From: Patescibacteria group bacterium | Lineage (GTDB): Bacteria; Patescibacteriota; Minisyncoccia; 2-02-FULL-40-12 | DNA: 64,000 nt | NCBI GenBank assembly: GCA_038063995.1 | Contig: JBBTUA010000007.1 | Coordinates: forward strand, 5,219 to 69,218 | Direction of reading: 5' to 3' | Shown: positions 37,241 to 46,114 of the stretch, piece after piece | Layout: each line of letters starts with the position of its first letter | Position numbering within the stretch: the stretch's first letter is position 1 | The notes under the pieces: generated by a model | What the model was told of the DNA's origin: nothing | The model's database searches: none | What the model saw: the letters and a program-made list of their open reading frames with translations, nothing else | Position numbers and translations under genes: made by a program

Positions 37241-37990
37241 ATGACTGAACAATTGATCGGTGTGTTGCCGGGCGAGGTGCTTGGCACGCTGGCGGACATC
37301 ATGCTGAAGCTCAAAAACGGCGGCATCACGCCGGACGAGCTCAAGCGGTTCGCTAAACGGGAGAATCCGTTCGACGGAATGCCGTCGGCGACGAAAGTCC
37401 AAGTCGGTTCGGTCGCCCGTTCCGTCGATGAATTCGTGGCCGAGTGGGGCAATTTTTACCGTGAAATCGGCATCGAAGTTGATCTCACAGGCCTTCGAGT
37501 CCCCGAGCGGCGCGAAGGTTTTGACCGGCTCATTGTGGTGGCCAAAGGAATGAGTCCAGAGCGAGCTTATCAGAAATGCCTCGAGCACTTCCGATGCTGG
37601 AAGTATGTCGGAGACCGGAATCTCGACGAGAGCGTATTCGACATCGATTGCCTGGAACGCAAGTACCGCCGATCCGACAACGAAACCTACGCCGTGTGGG
37701 TGCGCGACCGCGAGGAAGCTGACCAGGAATTGAAGAATCGTTCGGCCAACGATCTGGCGGTGGCCAAGATTTCCGGCATCACCCTCGAAGCCCGTGAGCT
37801 TTACGAGCTCAAGTACTTCAAGGAGACCGGAAAGCACCTTGACCGCTACAACTGGACGCTTTGCGCGGGTTCGCGGAGCGTCGATGGCCGTGTGCTGAGG
37901 TCCGGCTGGAACGACGGCAGGTTCTTTCTGGGCTGGTACGATCCCGTCGGCGCCCACGGCGTTCTTCGCTCCCGTGAAGCAGTTTCGTAA
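37241..37990 (+). CDS. DGR target protein 1 with C-terminal variable region (VR about 37865-37990)
   Basis: C-terminus TLCAGSR..DG.V....W......GWY.P..A...LRSRE aligns with the TR at 38282-38410. Confidence 0.85.
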   Translation: MTEQLIGVLPGEVLGTLADIMLKLKNGGITPDELKRFAKRENPFDGMPSATKVQVGSVARSVDEFVAEWGNFYREIGIEVDLTGLRVPERREGFDRLIVVAKGMSPERAYQKCLEHFRCWKYVGDRNLDESVFDIDCLERKYRRSDNETYAVWVRDREEADQELKNRSANDLAVAKISGITLEARELYELKYFKETGKHLDRYNWTLCAGSRSVDGRVLRSGWNDGRFFLGWYDPVGAHGVLRSREAVS

Positions 37991-38023
37991 CCTTGTACCT
38001 TTTTTCTTGTAACCTTTCTTCTG

Positions 38024-38063
38024 CAGCCACACTCTAAGGAGGTGATTTCATAGAGTGTGGCTG
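38024..38063 (+). other. hairpin downstream of VR1 (DGR target-recognition-like stem-loop)
   Basis: CAGCCACACTCTA-14 nt-TAGAGTGTGGCTG, 13-bp perfect stem. Confidence 0.7.
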
Positions 38064-38281
38064 TTTTGTTTTCCGAGAATTTATAATAATATAAATGGCT
38101 AATATAACCGGCCCCTAGCGGTATCGGTTTGCCTATCAAAAACGAAACTGCTTGCCTGGTTTTTGTGAAGATTTCCATTTTAAGATGGGATGCTTCTTGA
38201 AAAATTCCGATTGAGATAATCGGCTAACCCAGATAATCTTGAAAAAGATTATCGGTGATTTGGATGAAATCAGGCAAAGAA

Positions 38282-38410
38282 ACGGGTTCGCGGAATTTCG
38301 ATGGCAACGTGCCGGGCGTGAACTGGAACGGCAACAACGACGAGATGAAGGTGAATTGGTACAATCCTGACAACGCCAACGACAATCTCCGCTCCCGCGA
38401 GAAGTCTCGA
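38282..38410 (+). repeat. DGR template repeat TR1
   Basis: AAC-rich homolog of VR1; conceptual reading GSRNFDGNVPGVNWNGNNDEMKVNWYNPDNANDNLRSRE. Confidence 0.85.
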
Positions 38411-38413
38411 AGA

Positions 38414-38441
38414 AGAAATCCCGCCTAGTCGCGGGATTTCT
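38414..38441. terminator. hairpin between TR1 and convergent avd stub
   Basis: AGAAATCCCGC-CTAGTC-GCGGGATTTCT. Confidence 0.65.
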
Positions 38442-38538
38442 ATTTTTGATTCAAATACTTTATCCAGCCGTTGGTCATTCTGGAGATTTCCTGCAAGTCA
38501 GAATCGAATTCAAGATATTTGTTTTTAATTAAACCAAT
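38440..38538 (-). pseudogene. C-terminal stub of Avd-like four-helix-bundle protein
   Basis: minus strand reads IGLIKNKYLEFDSDLQEISRMTNGWIKYLNQK*, matching the Avd-type L.EI.RM..GW end. Confidence 0.7.
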
Positions 38539-38540
38539 GC

Positions 38541-38948
38541 AACGTGACAAGCCAGTTGTTCGCCAATATCTATCTGAACGAACTTGATCAATTTGTAAAG
38601 CATAAATTTAAAATAAAATATTACATCCGTTATTGCGACGATTTCGTAATTCTTGGCGAAAATAGAAACGATTTATTTTTGATGGCTGAGAGAATCAATG
38701 GGTTTTTCAAAGAAAGTTTGAATTTATCTCTTCATTCTGACAAGATAATCATCAAGAAGTATAAACAAGGCATCGATTTTCTCGGATATGTAGTTTTGCC
38801 TTATCACCGCGTTTTAAGGACGAGAACAGAAAGAAGAATATTCAGAAAAATAAACAAAAATAATAATCAGTCCGTTCAATCTTACTTAGGCGTTTTGAAA
38901 CACTGCAATAGTTATGAAGTCAAAAAGAAACTGTTAAAAATATTATGA
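38541..38948 (+). pseudogene. DGR reverse transcriptase, C-terminal half only
   Basis: NVTSQLFANIYLNELDQFVK, YIRYCDDF, GIDFLGY; in-frame stop at 38526 upstream, no N-terminal motifs. Confidence 0.88.
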
Positions 38949-39709
38949 TCATCGACGGCAGAAAAATCGCTCAAAAAGTCTTTCAACAAGTTCAGGAGAA
39001 GTTTTTAGAGATTAAAAAGCCGTTGCGGTTAGCCGCAGTTTTGGTGGGTGGCGATCCGGAGCTGAAAAAGTTTTTGGAACTCAAAAAGAAAAGGGCCGAA
39101 GAAATCGGCATTGGATTCAGGATATACGAATTTTCAGAAGACATTGATAACAGCCGGCTGGAAAAAGAATTAAATGATATAGCGATGAACCCGGACATCC
39201 ACGGAATCATTATTGAATTGCCTTTGCCTAAACATTTAGATACTCAAAATATTTTAAATATCATTCCAGAAGAAAAAGATGTTGATGCATTGTCGGGTAA
39301 AAACAAAGTTTTGCCTCCGGCCGTTGAAGCGGTAAGTCAGATTTTTAAAGAATACAAAATTGATCCAAAAGGCAAAAAAGCGGTAGTTTTCGGTCAGGGT
39401 CTTTTAGTCGGAAAACCGGTCAGTCATTGGCTTGCTATTCAAGGAGCGCAAGTTTTAATAATTGATGAATTTACGGAAAATCCGGGGGAATTTTCCAGAG
39501 AGGCCGATATAATAGTTTCCGGAGTCGGACATCCCAATCTTATAACCGGCGATATGGTAAAAGACGGTGCAGTAGTGATTGATTTCGGCAAAGATGTTGA
39601 TTTTGAAAATGTTTCGAAAAAGGCTGGTTTGATTACTCCGCCAACAGGCGGAGTCGGGCCGATAGTCGTAGCCGCGGTTTTAAAGAATCTAGTCGAACTA
39701 TGGAGCTAA
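38945..39709 (+). CDS. folD: methylenetetrahydrofolate dehydrogenase/cyclohydrolase FolD
   Basis: IIDGRKIA, LPLPKHL, EKDVD, TPPTGGVGP. Confidence 0.92.
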   Translation: MIIDGRKIAQKVFQQVQEKFLEIKKPLRLAAVLVGGDPELKKFLELKKKRAEEIGIGFRIYEFSEDIDNSRLEKELNDIAMNPDIHGIIIELPLPKHLDTQNILNIIPEEKDVDALSGKNKVLPPAVEAVSQIFKEYKIDPKGKKAVVFGQGLLVGKPVSHWLAIQGAQVLIIDEFTENPGEFSREADIIVSGVGHPNLITGDMVKDGAVVIDFGKDVDFENVSKKAGLITPPTGGVGPIVVAAVLKNLVELWS

Positions 39710-40170
39710 TAATTATTTTTTTAGCTAAATATTTGCCCTATATTCTGTTGGCTGTTTTTTTTGTTTTATTTTTGAAGAAAATAAATTGGAGCTTTCTGTT
39801 TGTTCCTTTGATTTCCGCTTTGATTTCAAGATTTGTTTTTACCGAACTCATCAGATTTTTTTACTTCCGGCCGCGGCCGTTTGTAGAACAGGGGTTTGTT
39901 CCTTTATTTGAGCACGATCCGACTGCTTCTTTTCCTTCGGGACACGCCGCGTTTTTTTTCGCCTTATCGGCCGGAGTTTATTCGTTTAATAAAAAAGCCG
40001 GACTTTGGTTTTTCGCGGCTAGTTTTTTAGTAGGTTTTGCCAGGTTTTTAGCGGGAGTGCATTATTTTTCTGATATTTTAGGAGGGGCAGCCCTTGGAAT
40101 TTTTTCTTTTTGGCTCGTAGAATTTTTAATCGTTCGTTTCTTTAAAAAGACGGTTGATATAGAAAATTAG
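39700..40170 (+). CDS. PAP2 family phosphatase (BcrC-like)
   Basis: RPRPF, SFPSGH, ARFLAGVHYFSD. Confidence 0.88.
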   Translation: MELIIIFLAKYLPYILLAVFFVLFLKKINWSFLFVPLISALISRFVFTELIRFFYFRPRPFVEQGFVPLFEHDPTASFPSGHAAFFFALSAGVYSFNKKAGLWFFAASFLVGFARFLAGVHYFSDILGGAALGIFSFWLVEFLIVRFFKKTVDIEN

Positions 40171-40362
40171 AACAACTTTTATCTTCTTCATAAAATGCAG
40201 TATTCTTGAATTAGTCCGAACGCATTTCGCCGCCTGCGGCGGCGAGAAAGTCCCCCCGCCTGCGTGGCCGAAGCCACTTCGGCGAGGCGAAGGCCCGCGA
40301 AAATTCGGAAAGGTGGCGGAGCCGCACGAATGACAATTTCAAGTTTTTCTTTGGCGGCATAC

Positions 40363-41124
40363 TTACTTAATCAAGCCGGAAACCTTGTAAAATATTTTTC
40401 CCTGAATACTTGATTTAGTGATAGGTCCAAAACTGCGAGAATCAAAACTCTTTGTGCGATTATCGCCCAGAACAAAGTATTGATCTTGGTTGAGGGTTAC
40501 GGAACTATCCGGTAATGTTTCGCCATTATAATAACTTTCATTTAACACCTGCCCATTTATGAGAACTTTACCACCTTTTATATCAACTTTTTCTGAAGGC
40601 AATCCGATTATTCTTTTGATTAGAAAAGAGCTTGGTTGCTTTTCGGTACGAAATATAACCACATCACCGCGAGCGAAATTTTTATCAAATTTATTTATCA
40701 AAAGATAATCGCCATTGTTGTATGTTGGGCTCATCGCTTCTCCACTTACAGCAAAAGGTTCAAATACATAGAGCCGAGTAGGAATTACAACAACTAAAGA
40801 AACGATGATGCCAACTATTCCAAACACAACGTAAATTCCTAAAGATTTTTTCCAAGAGCTAAGATAATACTTTTTGAGAAAATAATGAAAAGCAAAAAAT
40901 GAAGCAACTGTAACAATAATATTAGATAGCAAACCTAAATTTATGATACTAAAAATTATTCCAACAATACCACCGGCGATACCAGAAAATATTAAAGTTT
41001 TAACAGAATTTTTATATGTTGGATTTTCTATCTTGAATAATTTTTCTACCCACACCAAAATACCAGCTTCCGCTAGGAATGTTATTATTGCTAGAATTAT
41101 AACCCCTAAAATGAGTAGTGCCAT
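40363..41124 (-). CDS. lepB: signal peptidase I with N-terminal membrane extension
   Basis: VSGEAMSPT, RGDVVIF, IKRIIGLP, GDNR..SFDSR.FG. Confidence 0.85.
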   Translation of the reverse strand: MALLILGVIILAIITFLAEAGILVWVEKLFKIENPTYKNSVKTLIFSGIAGGIVGIIFSIINLGLLSNIIVTVASFFAFHYFLKKYYLSSWKKSLGIYVVFGIVGIIVSLVVVIPTRLYVFEPFAVSGEAMSPTYNNGDYLLINKFDKNFARGDVVIFRTEKQPSSFLIKRIIGLPSEKVDIKGGKVLINGQVLNESYYNGETLPDSSVTLNQDQYFVLGDNRTKSFDSRSFGPITKSSIQGKIFYKVSGLIK

Positions 41125-41273
41125 AAATTATTTATTCGACTTAATGATTAAAAAATTTTCTTTTCTTCTTTCTCCTAAAACATGGTTCGAGCCTTCGCTA
41201 AAGCTATGGATGGGCACAGCGAACCGATATTTTTAACGGGTTCTTTTACAGTTTTGATGTCCATAAACCTTAT

Positions 41274-41531
41274 TTAGTAGGTGCTACTCGTGCGTCGTTT
41301 AATTTCAGAAACGTAAATAATCTTTTTATCTCCGTAGACCTCATAGAGAATTCGATATGAGCCAATGCGTCGTCGCCAGGCGTCTTTTTGCCCTTCAACT
41401 TTTTCAATATCTCCGGCATAAGGGTTATACTGTAATTCTTTTAATGTTTCTCTGATGCGGTCAGCGTCTTTTCTCGAGATGCGTTTAAGGTATTTTTTGG
41501 CATACCCATCAATGAGTACCGTCCAATTCAT
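41274..41531 (-). CDS. RelE/ParE family toxin
   Basis: WRRRIGSYRILYEV...EIKRR. Confidence 0.88.
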   Translation of the reverse strand: MNWTVLIDGYAKKYLKRISRKDADRIRETLKELQYNPYAGDIEKVEGQKDAWRRRIGSYRILYEVYGDKKIIYVSEIKRRTSSTY

Positions 41532-41739
41532 TTTCTAATTCTTCAAGAGTTATGTAGTTGCCTTTAGCCAAATTTTTTCGTCCTTTTGCCAGCGTTTTTA
41601 GTTCTGTTTTGGTTGGTTTAAAAGCTTTGGTTGATTTGACTCTTTTTAGCCAAGTCAAAAACTCTTTGTAGGTACTACGCGGGACTGCTACTAAGTCCCC
41701 GTTTTTTTGCAGTTTATTTGGAATAGTTATAGTTGGCAT
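41509..41739 (-). CDS. putative antitoxin
   Basis: 76 aa directly upstream of and overlapping relE, ends GNYITLEELENEL. Confidence 0.75.
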   Translation of the reverse strand: MPTITIPNKLQKNGDLVAVPRSTYKEFLTWLKRVKSTKAFKPTKTELKTLAKGRKNLAKGNYITLEELENELDGTH

Positions 41740-41790
41740 GACTTTATAATAACTTTTTCTTTAAAATAAGGCAAGATAATTTAAAACAAA

Positions 41791-41874
41791 TGCCGAGAGA
41801 GGGAGTCGAACCCTCAAGTCCTTGCGGACGACTGATTTTGAATCAGTTGCGGTTGCCAATTTCGCCATCTCGGC
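41791..41874 (-). tRNA. tRNA-Leu(CAA)
   Basis: reverse complement GCCGAGA..., anticodon arm ACTGA-TTCAAAA-TCAGT, variable arm, GGTTCGACTCC. Confidence 0.92.
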
Positions 41875-41935
41875 TTATGATTGTCAAATTTCAAATCCAT
41901 TGTATCAAAATTTTCAAAGATTTACAATTAAATTA

Positions 41936-42712
41936 ATGGCACGAGTTATAACAACTTGGAATCAAAAAGGAGGGGTTGGAAAATCTACTACTTGTGTGAA
42001 TCTTGGGGCATATTTTGCTGCCCTTGGCAAGCATGTTCTTCTTGTTGATTTGGACTCTCAAGCGAATCTAAGCGCCGGTCTCGGAATAAAAATAGCAAAA
42101 GACCAGTACAGCATTTATCACGCTCTTGTCGCCGACGTTGAGCCGGGCGCTCTTGTCAAAAAAACATCTATTTTCAATCTTGATATTTTACCATCTTCTG
42201 AAAGTTTAGCCGGAGCCAATGTTGAGCTGGTCGGATTTAAAAACCGCGAGCTCCAGCTTAAAAAAGTTTTAAGCAAGATAAAAGACGACTATGATTTCGT
42301 TTTGATCGATTGCCTTCCCTCGGTCGGGGTATTGAGCATTAATGCCTTGGCCGCCTCGGATCATATTTTAATTCCTGTCCAAACCGAATTTTTCGCCTTA
42401 TCCGGTTTGGAAGAACTTCTTACAGTGGTAGATTTGGTTAAAAAATATTTGAACCCCGAACTTAAAATTCTGGGAATCGTTATGACGATGTTTGATAAGA
42501 GAAGCCAGTTGAACAGAGATATTTTAAACCAGGTCCATAAAAGTTTTCCCGGCTATGTTTTCAGTTCTGTAATACCCCGCCAGATCTCTTTTGCCGAAGC
42601 GCCGTCTTACGGGAAAAGCATTCTTCAGCACGATCCATATTCAAAAGGAGCCCGGGCTTACCGCAATCTGGCTCTGGAAGTTTTATCTAAAATTTTTCCG
42701 AGTCCAGTTTAA
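41936..42712 (+). CDS. parA: ParA/Soj chromosome partitioning ATPase
   Basis: NQKGGVGKST, DLDSQAN, IPVQTEFFA, EAPSYG; start ATG 41936. Confidence 0.93.
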   Translation: MARVITTWNQKGGVGKSTTCVNLGAYFAALGKHVLLVDLDSQANLSAGLGIKIAKDQYSIYHALVADVEPGALVKKTSIFNLDILPSSESLAGANVELVGFKNRELQLKKVLSKIKDDYDFVLIDCLPSVGVLSINALAASDHILIPVQTEFFALSGLEELLTVVDLVKKYLNPELKILGIVMTMFDKRSQLNRDILNQVHKSFPGYVFSSVIPRQISFAEAPSYGKSILQHDPYSKGARAYRNLALEVLSKIFPSPV

Positions 42713-42717
42713 ATAAA

Positions 42718-43077
42718 ATGAAAGCTAGGGGATTAAAAGCTTTGATTCCGACAAAACCCAGAGTTAAACCTAAAAGAAAAAAGGAGAGCGTTTATTATGT
42801 AGAAATAAAAAAGATCAAGGAAAAGCCTGAAGATATGAAAAGAATTCTAGACCAGAAGATTTTGGAAGAAATGGCTGATTCAATCAGAAAGTACGGAGTA
42901 GTCCAGCCGCTTATTCTGGCTAGGGTTGAAAAGAAAAAGAGAAGAGGTATAAATGTGTATTACGAGCTTGTTTCCGGAAAAAAGCGGCTCATCGCTGCAA
43001 AAGAAGCGGGATTAAAAGTGGTTCCCGCAGTAATCAAAGCCTTACCGAAACAGAATGATAAAAATCTCAAAATCTAG
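42718..43077 (+). CDS. short ParB-like protein (N-terminal domain only)
   Basis: RGLKALIP, EMADSIRKYGVVQPL, YELVSGKKRLIAAK. Confidence 0.75.
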   Translation: MKARGLKALIPTKPRVKPKRKKESVYYVEIKKIKEKPEDMKRILDQKILEEMADSIRKYGVVQPLILARVEKKKRRGINVYYELVSGKKRLIAAKEAGLKVVPAVIKALPKQNDKNLKI

Positions 43078-44488
43078 GATATTTTTGATTCTGATGTTTG
43101 GATTTATCTTGGGAGTCGGCGCTGGCTCCTTTTTTGATATATCTCAAAGAGCAATTTTGATTTTGGCTATTATAGCGACTTTGTTTTTAACGGTATTTTA
43201 CCGGCGAGGCTCAAGGATTCTGAATTCAAAAATAGCTTTCGCCGCAGTTGTTGCTTTGTTTTTCCTGGCCGGTCTTTTGCGGTTTGAAGTTTTGGAATCG
43301 CAGTCTAAAATCCTGACCAATTTCAATGATATAAACGCGGATATCAAAATACTGGGTTATGTAAATGATGAGCCGCAAAGATTAATTGATAAGCAAAGAT
43401 TGGTTGTTCAAGTTAAAGAAGCAAGAGTGCCGGGCTACGCGGTTTTTATGGATGAAAAAGTTTTAATAACGGCTAATTTGTATCCGGAGTTTGAATACGG
43501 CGATTTTATCTTGGTTGAAGGGAAAATTCAGAGCCCCAAAAAATTTGATAATGATTTTGATTACGCCGCATATCTGGCCAAAGATTCTATTTTTTCATTG
43601 TCGTATTATCCGAGAATCGTGGAAATCTCAAAAGCCGAATTTTTAAGAGAGCCGATGTCCAAGGCAGAAAGTCTGAAGATTTCGTTATTCAGAAAAATAT
43701 TCGCGTTCAAAAAAGATTTTGAGGAATCAATTGAGAAAGCTGTTGCTGAACCTAATGCCTCTCTGATCAATGGCCTTCTTCTCGGTTCGCGGGAAAGCAT
43801 TCCCCAAGATTTGAAAGATGCCTTTAACAAAACCGGGACTACTCATATTTTGGCTATCTCCGGCTACAATATAACGATTATCGCGCTTTATATTTCAGCT
43901 TTGCTTTTATTTTTCATACGCCGGCAGAAGGCTTTTTGGTTTGCGATACTGGCCATAGCTTTATTTGTTATTCTTACCGGTTCTTCTCCTTCGGTTGTGA
44001 GAGCGGCGATTATGGGAAGTCTGGTTTTGCTGGCTTATCGGGAAGGCAGATTTTACAGCGCGTCTAATGCCGTTATTTTTGCCGGGGCAGTGATGATTTT
44101 TTTAAACCCAAGAATTTTGCGTTTTGATTTGGGGTTTCAGCTTTCCTTTCTCGCCACCCTCGGCCTGATTTACATAGCTCCTAAAGTGAAAGAAAAACTG
44201 GAAAAAGTTCCGGAGTTTTGGACTTTCAAGGAGAATTTTATTTCAACGGTTTCCGCCCAGGCCGCGGTTCTGCCCCTGATTCTTTATCAGTTCAAAAGTT
44301 TTTCTTTTGTTTCTTTGCCGGCTAACTTTTTAATTCTGCCGGCTGTGCCTTTAACAATGCTTGCCGGATTTTTAACCGGAGTTGCGGGATTGATTTTCCC
44401 ATGGCTTGGCCAGATTTTCGGCGCGGCGGCCTGGCTTCTTTCGTCTTACGAGATTCTTGTAATAAAGTTTTTCAATTTGTTCGCCTGA
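43055..44488 (+). CDS. comEC: ComEC competence membrane domain
   Basis: TGTTHILAISGYN, SVVRAAIM, GFQLSFLAT. Confidence 0.9.
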   Translation: MIKISKSRIFLILMFGFILGVGAGSFFDISQRAILILAIIATLFLTVFYRRGSRILNSKIAFAAVVALFFLAGLLRFEVLESQSKILTNFNDINADIKILGYVNDEPQRLIDKQRLVVQVKEARVPGYAVFMDEKVLITANLYPEFEYGDFILVEGKIQSPKKFDNDFDYAAYLAKDSIFSLSYYPRIVEISKAEFLREPMSKAESLKISLFRKIFAFKKDFEESIEKAVAEPNASLINGLLLGSRESIPQDLKDAFNKTGTTHILAISGYNITIIALYISALLLFFIRRQKAFWFAILAIALFVILTGSSPSVVRAAIMGSLVLLAYREGRFYSASNAVIFAGAVMIFLNPRILRFDLGFQLSFLATLGLIYIAPKVKEKLEKVPEFWTFKENFISTVSAQAAVLPLILYQFKSFSFVSLPANFLILPAVPLTMLAGFLTGVAGLIFPWLGQIFGAAAWLLSSYEILVIKFFNLFA

Positions 44489-44495
44489 CTTTTTT

Positions 44496-45362
44496 ATGCC
44501 GTTTCGTCAAAAATTAATCCTTGGCTTCGCTTTCTTTTTGATTTTTTCGGTGACTTTAGGTCTTCTTTTATGGCTCGCTAAAGACCAGGAATTAAAAATC
44601 TATTTTTTCGATGTCGGCCAGGGGGATTCGATACTCATTGAGACGGAAAATAAAAAGCAGATTTTGATTGACGGAGGTCCGGATAATTCAATTGTGAAAA
44701 AACTCCCCAAAGCAATGTCTTTTTGGGACAGGACCATTGATTTAGTCATCCTTACTCATCCGGATAAAGATCACATCGCCGGCCTTTTGGAAGTTTTGAA
44801 AAGGTATCAGGTCAAAGGAATAGTTGAAACCGGAGTTAAGTGCGAAAAGCCCGAATGCCTGGTTTGGGAGAATTTAAAAAATAGAGAAGAAGCAGTTATT
44901 GTCTCGCCAAAGCTTGGGGATTCAATAACCTTGGATGAAAATACAAAAATTTTGATCCTCCATCCCTTTGAAAAAGTTTCCGGAGAATATTTTTCAAAAG
45001 CAAATAATACTTCTATCGTGGCCAAACTTACTTACGGAGAACACAAATTTTTATTCACCGGTGATATTGAAAAACAGGTTGAAGAAAAACTGGTCTTGGC
45101 CGGAGTAGATATTGATTCAGACTATTTAAAGACGCCGCATCACGGAAGCAAGACCTCGAGCACGGAAATTTTTCTTGATGCGGTTTCGCCTTTGGCCGCT
45201 TTTATTTCTTTAGGTTTGGATAATTCTTACGGGCATCCTCATAGGGAAGTCACGGAACGGCTTGAAAACAAAGACATAAAATATTATCGTACTGATGCCA
45301 GCGGAACTATTTTATTAAGGTGTAAATTAAACTCGCTATGCCAAGTAGAAACACAAAATTAA
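44496..45362 (+). CDS. ComEC-type metallo-beta-lactamase fold protein
   Basis: DVGQGDS, THPDKDHIAG, FTGD, PHHGSKTS. Confidence 0.9.
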   Translation: MPFRQKLILGFAFFLIFSVTLGLLLWLAKDQELKIYFFDVGQGDSILIETENKKQILIDGGPDNSIVKKLPKAMSFWDRTIDLVILTHPDKDHIAGLLEVLKRYQVKGIVETGVKCEKPECLVWENLKNREEAVIVSPKLGDSITLDENTKILILHPFEKVSGEYFSKANNTSIVAKLTYGEHKFLFTGDIEKQVEEKLVLAGVDIDSDYLKTPHHGSKTSSTEIFLDAVSPLAAFISLGLDNSYGHPHREVTERLENKDIKYYRTDASGTILLRCKLNSLCQVETQN

Positions 45363-45367
45363 AAAAG

Positions 45368-45973
45368 ATGGCTGAACTTTTGGCCGACCCCAAACATCCT
45401 AGAGAGGAAAAAACTTTGGTTTTGATAAAACCGGATGCCGTGAAAAGGGGGTTGATCGGTGAAATAATAAAACGTTTTGAAACGCGGGGGCTTAAAATTA
45501 TAGGCCTGAAGATGATTCATGGAACTAAAAAAGATTTTGACAGGCATTATCCCAGAGGCAAAGAATGGATAACAAATTTAGGGAACAGAACCGTAGAAAC
45601 TTATAAAAAATACAATTATAACTTGAAGAGTGATTTCGGAAGCGAAGATCCTTTTAAAATCGGCCAGATTTTCCGCAACTGGCTGACTGATTTTATGTCT
45701 TCCGGCCCGGTGGTCAAGATTTTAATAGAAGGCGTGCATTCTATTGATGTTGTCAGAAAAATCGTCGGCGACACCCAGCCGCATTTTGCCTTGACCGGGA
45801 CAATCAGAGGAGATTTCAGCGTTGATGCCGCTGCTGCGGCAAATAAGTCTGGCCGGGCAGTCCATAATTTGATTCATGCTTCCGGCAATAAGGAAGAGGC
45901 CAGAAACGAGATAATGCTTTGGTTTAACCCTGACGAGGTCTGCGATTACAAAAGAGTTGAAGAGTTGATTTGA
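45368..45973 (+). CDS. ndk: nucleoside diphosphate kinase
   Basis: TLVLIKPDAV.RGLIGEI, GTIRGDF, NLIHAS. Confidence 0.92.
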   Translation: MAELLADPKHPREEKTLVLIKPDAVKRGLIGEIIKRFETRGLKIIGLKMIHGTKKDFDRHYPRGKEWITNLGNRTVETYKKYNYNLKSDFGSEDPFKIGQIFRNWLTDFMSSGPVVKILIEGVHSIDVVRKIVGDTQPHFALTGTIRGDFSVDAAAAANKSGRAVHNLIHASGNKEEARNEIMLWFNPDEVCDYKRVEELI

Positions 45974-46002
45974 ATTCAACGGCTAAACGGGTTTAGCCGT
46001 TT

Positions 46003-46040
46003 AAAAACAAATACGCCATCCGGATGGCGTATTTGTTTTT
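46003..46040. terminator. bidirectional terminator
   Basis: AAAAACAAATACGCCATC-CG-GATGGCGTATTTGTTTTT. Confidence 0.75.
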
Positions 46041-46042
46041 TA

Positions 46043-46114
46043 TCGGGCTGTCCGGAATTGAACCGGAATACCTGGACCCCCAGCCCAGTGTAATAACCTT
46101 TATACGACAGCCCG
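46043..46114 (-). tRNA. tRNA-Pro(GGG)
   Basis: reverse complement CGGGCTG..., anticodon arm CTGGG-CTGGGGG-TCCAG, GGTTCAATTCC, 3' CAGCCCGA. Confidence 0.88.

Noticed and set aside
37106-38032. 308-aa minus-strand ORF and other long antisense ORFs (3729-4253, 7681-8229, 57130-57753)
   Set aside because: Shadows of well-supported genes on the opposite strand with no recognisable motifs
38100-38281. Plus-strand avd remnant upstream of TR1 (LDEIRQ)
   Set aside because: Too short and stop-ridden; the minus-strand stub at 38440-38538 is a much better match
38541-38948. Group II intron or retron RT
   Set aside because: TSQLFANIYL/YCDD signature with adjacent TR, VR and avd stub fits a DGR; no maturase domain or intron domain V was seen
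41822-41935. N-terminal extension of ParA in the ORF track
   Set aside because: It overlaps tRNA-Leu on the other strand; ParA homology begins at ATG 41936
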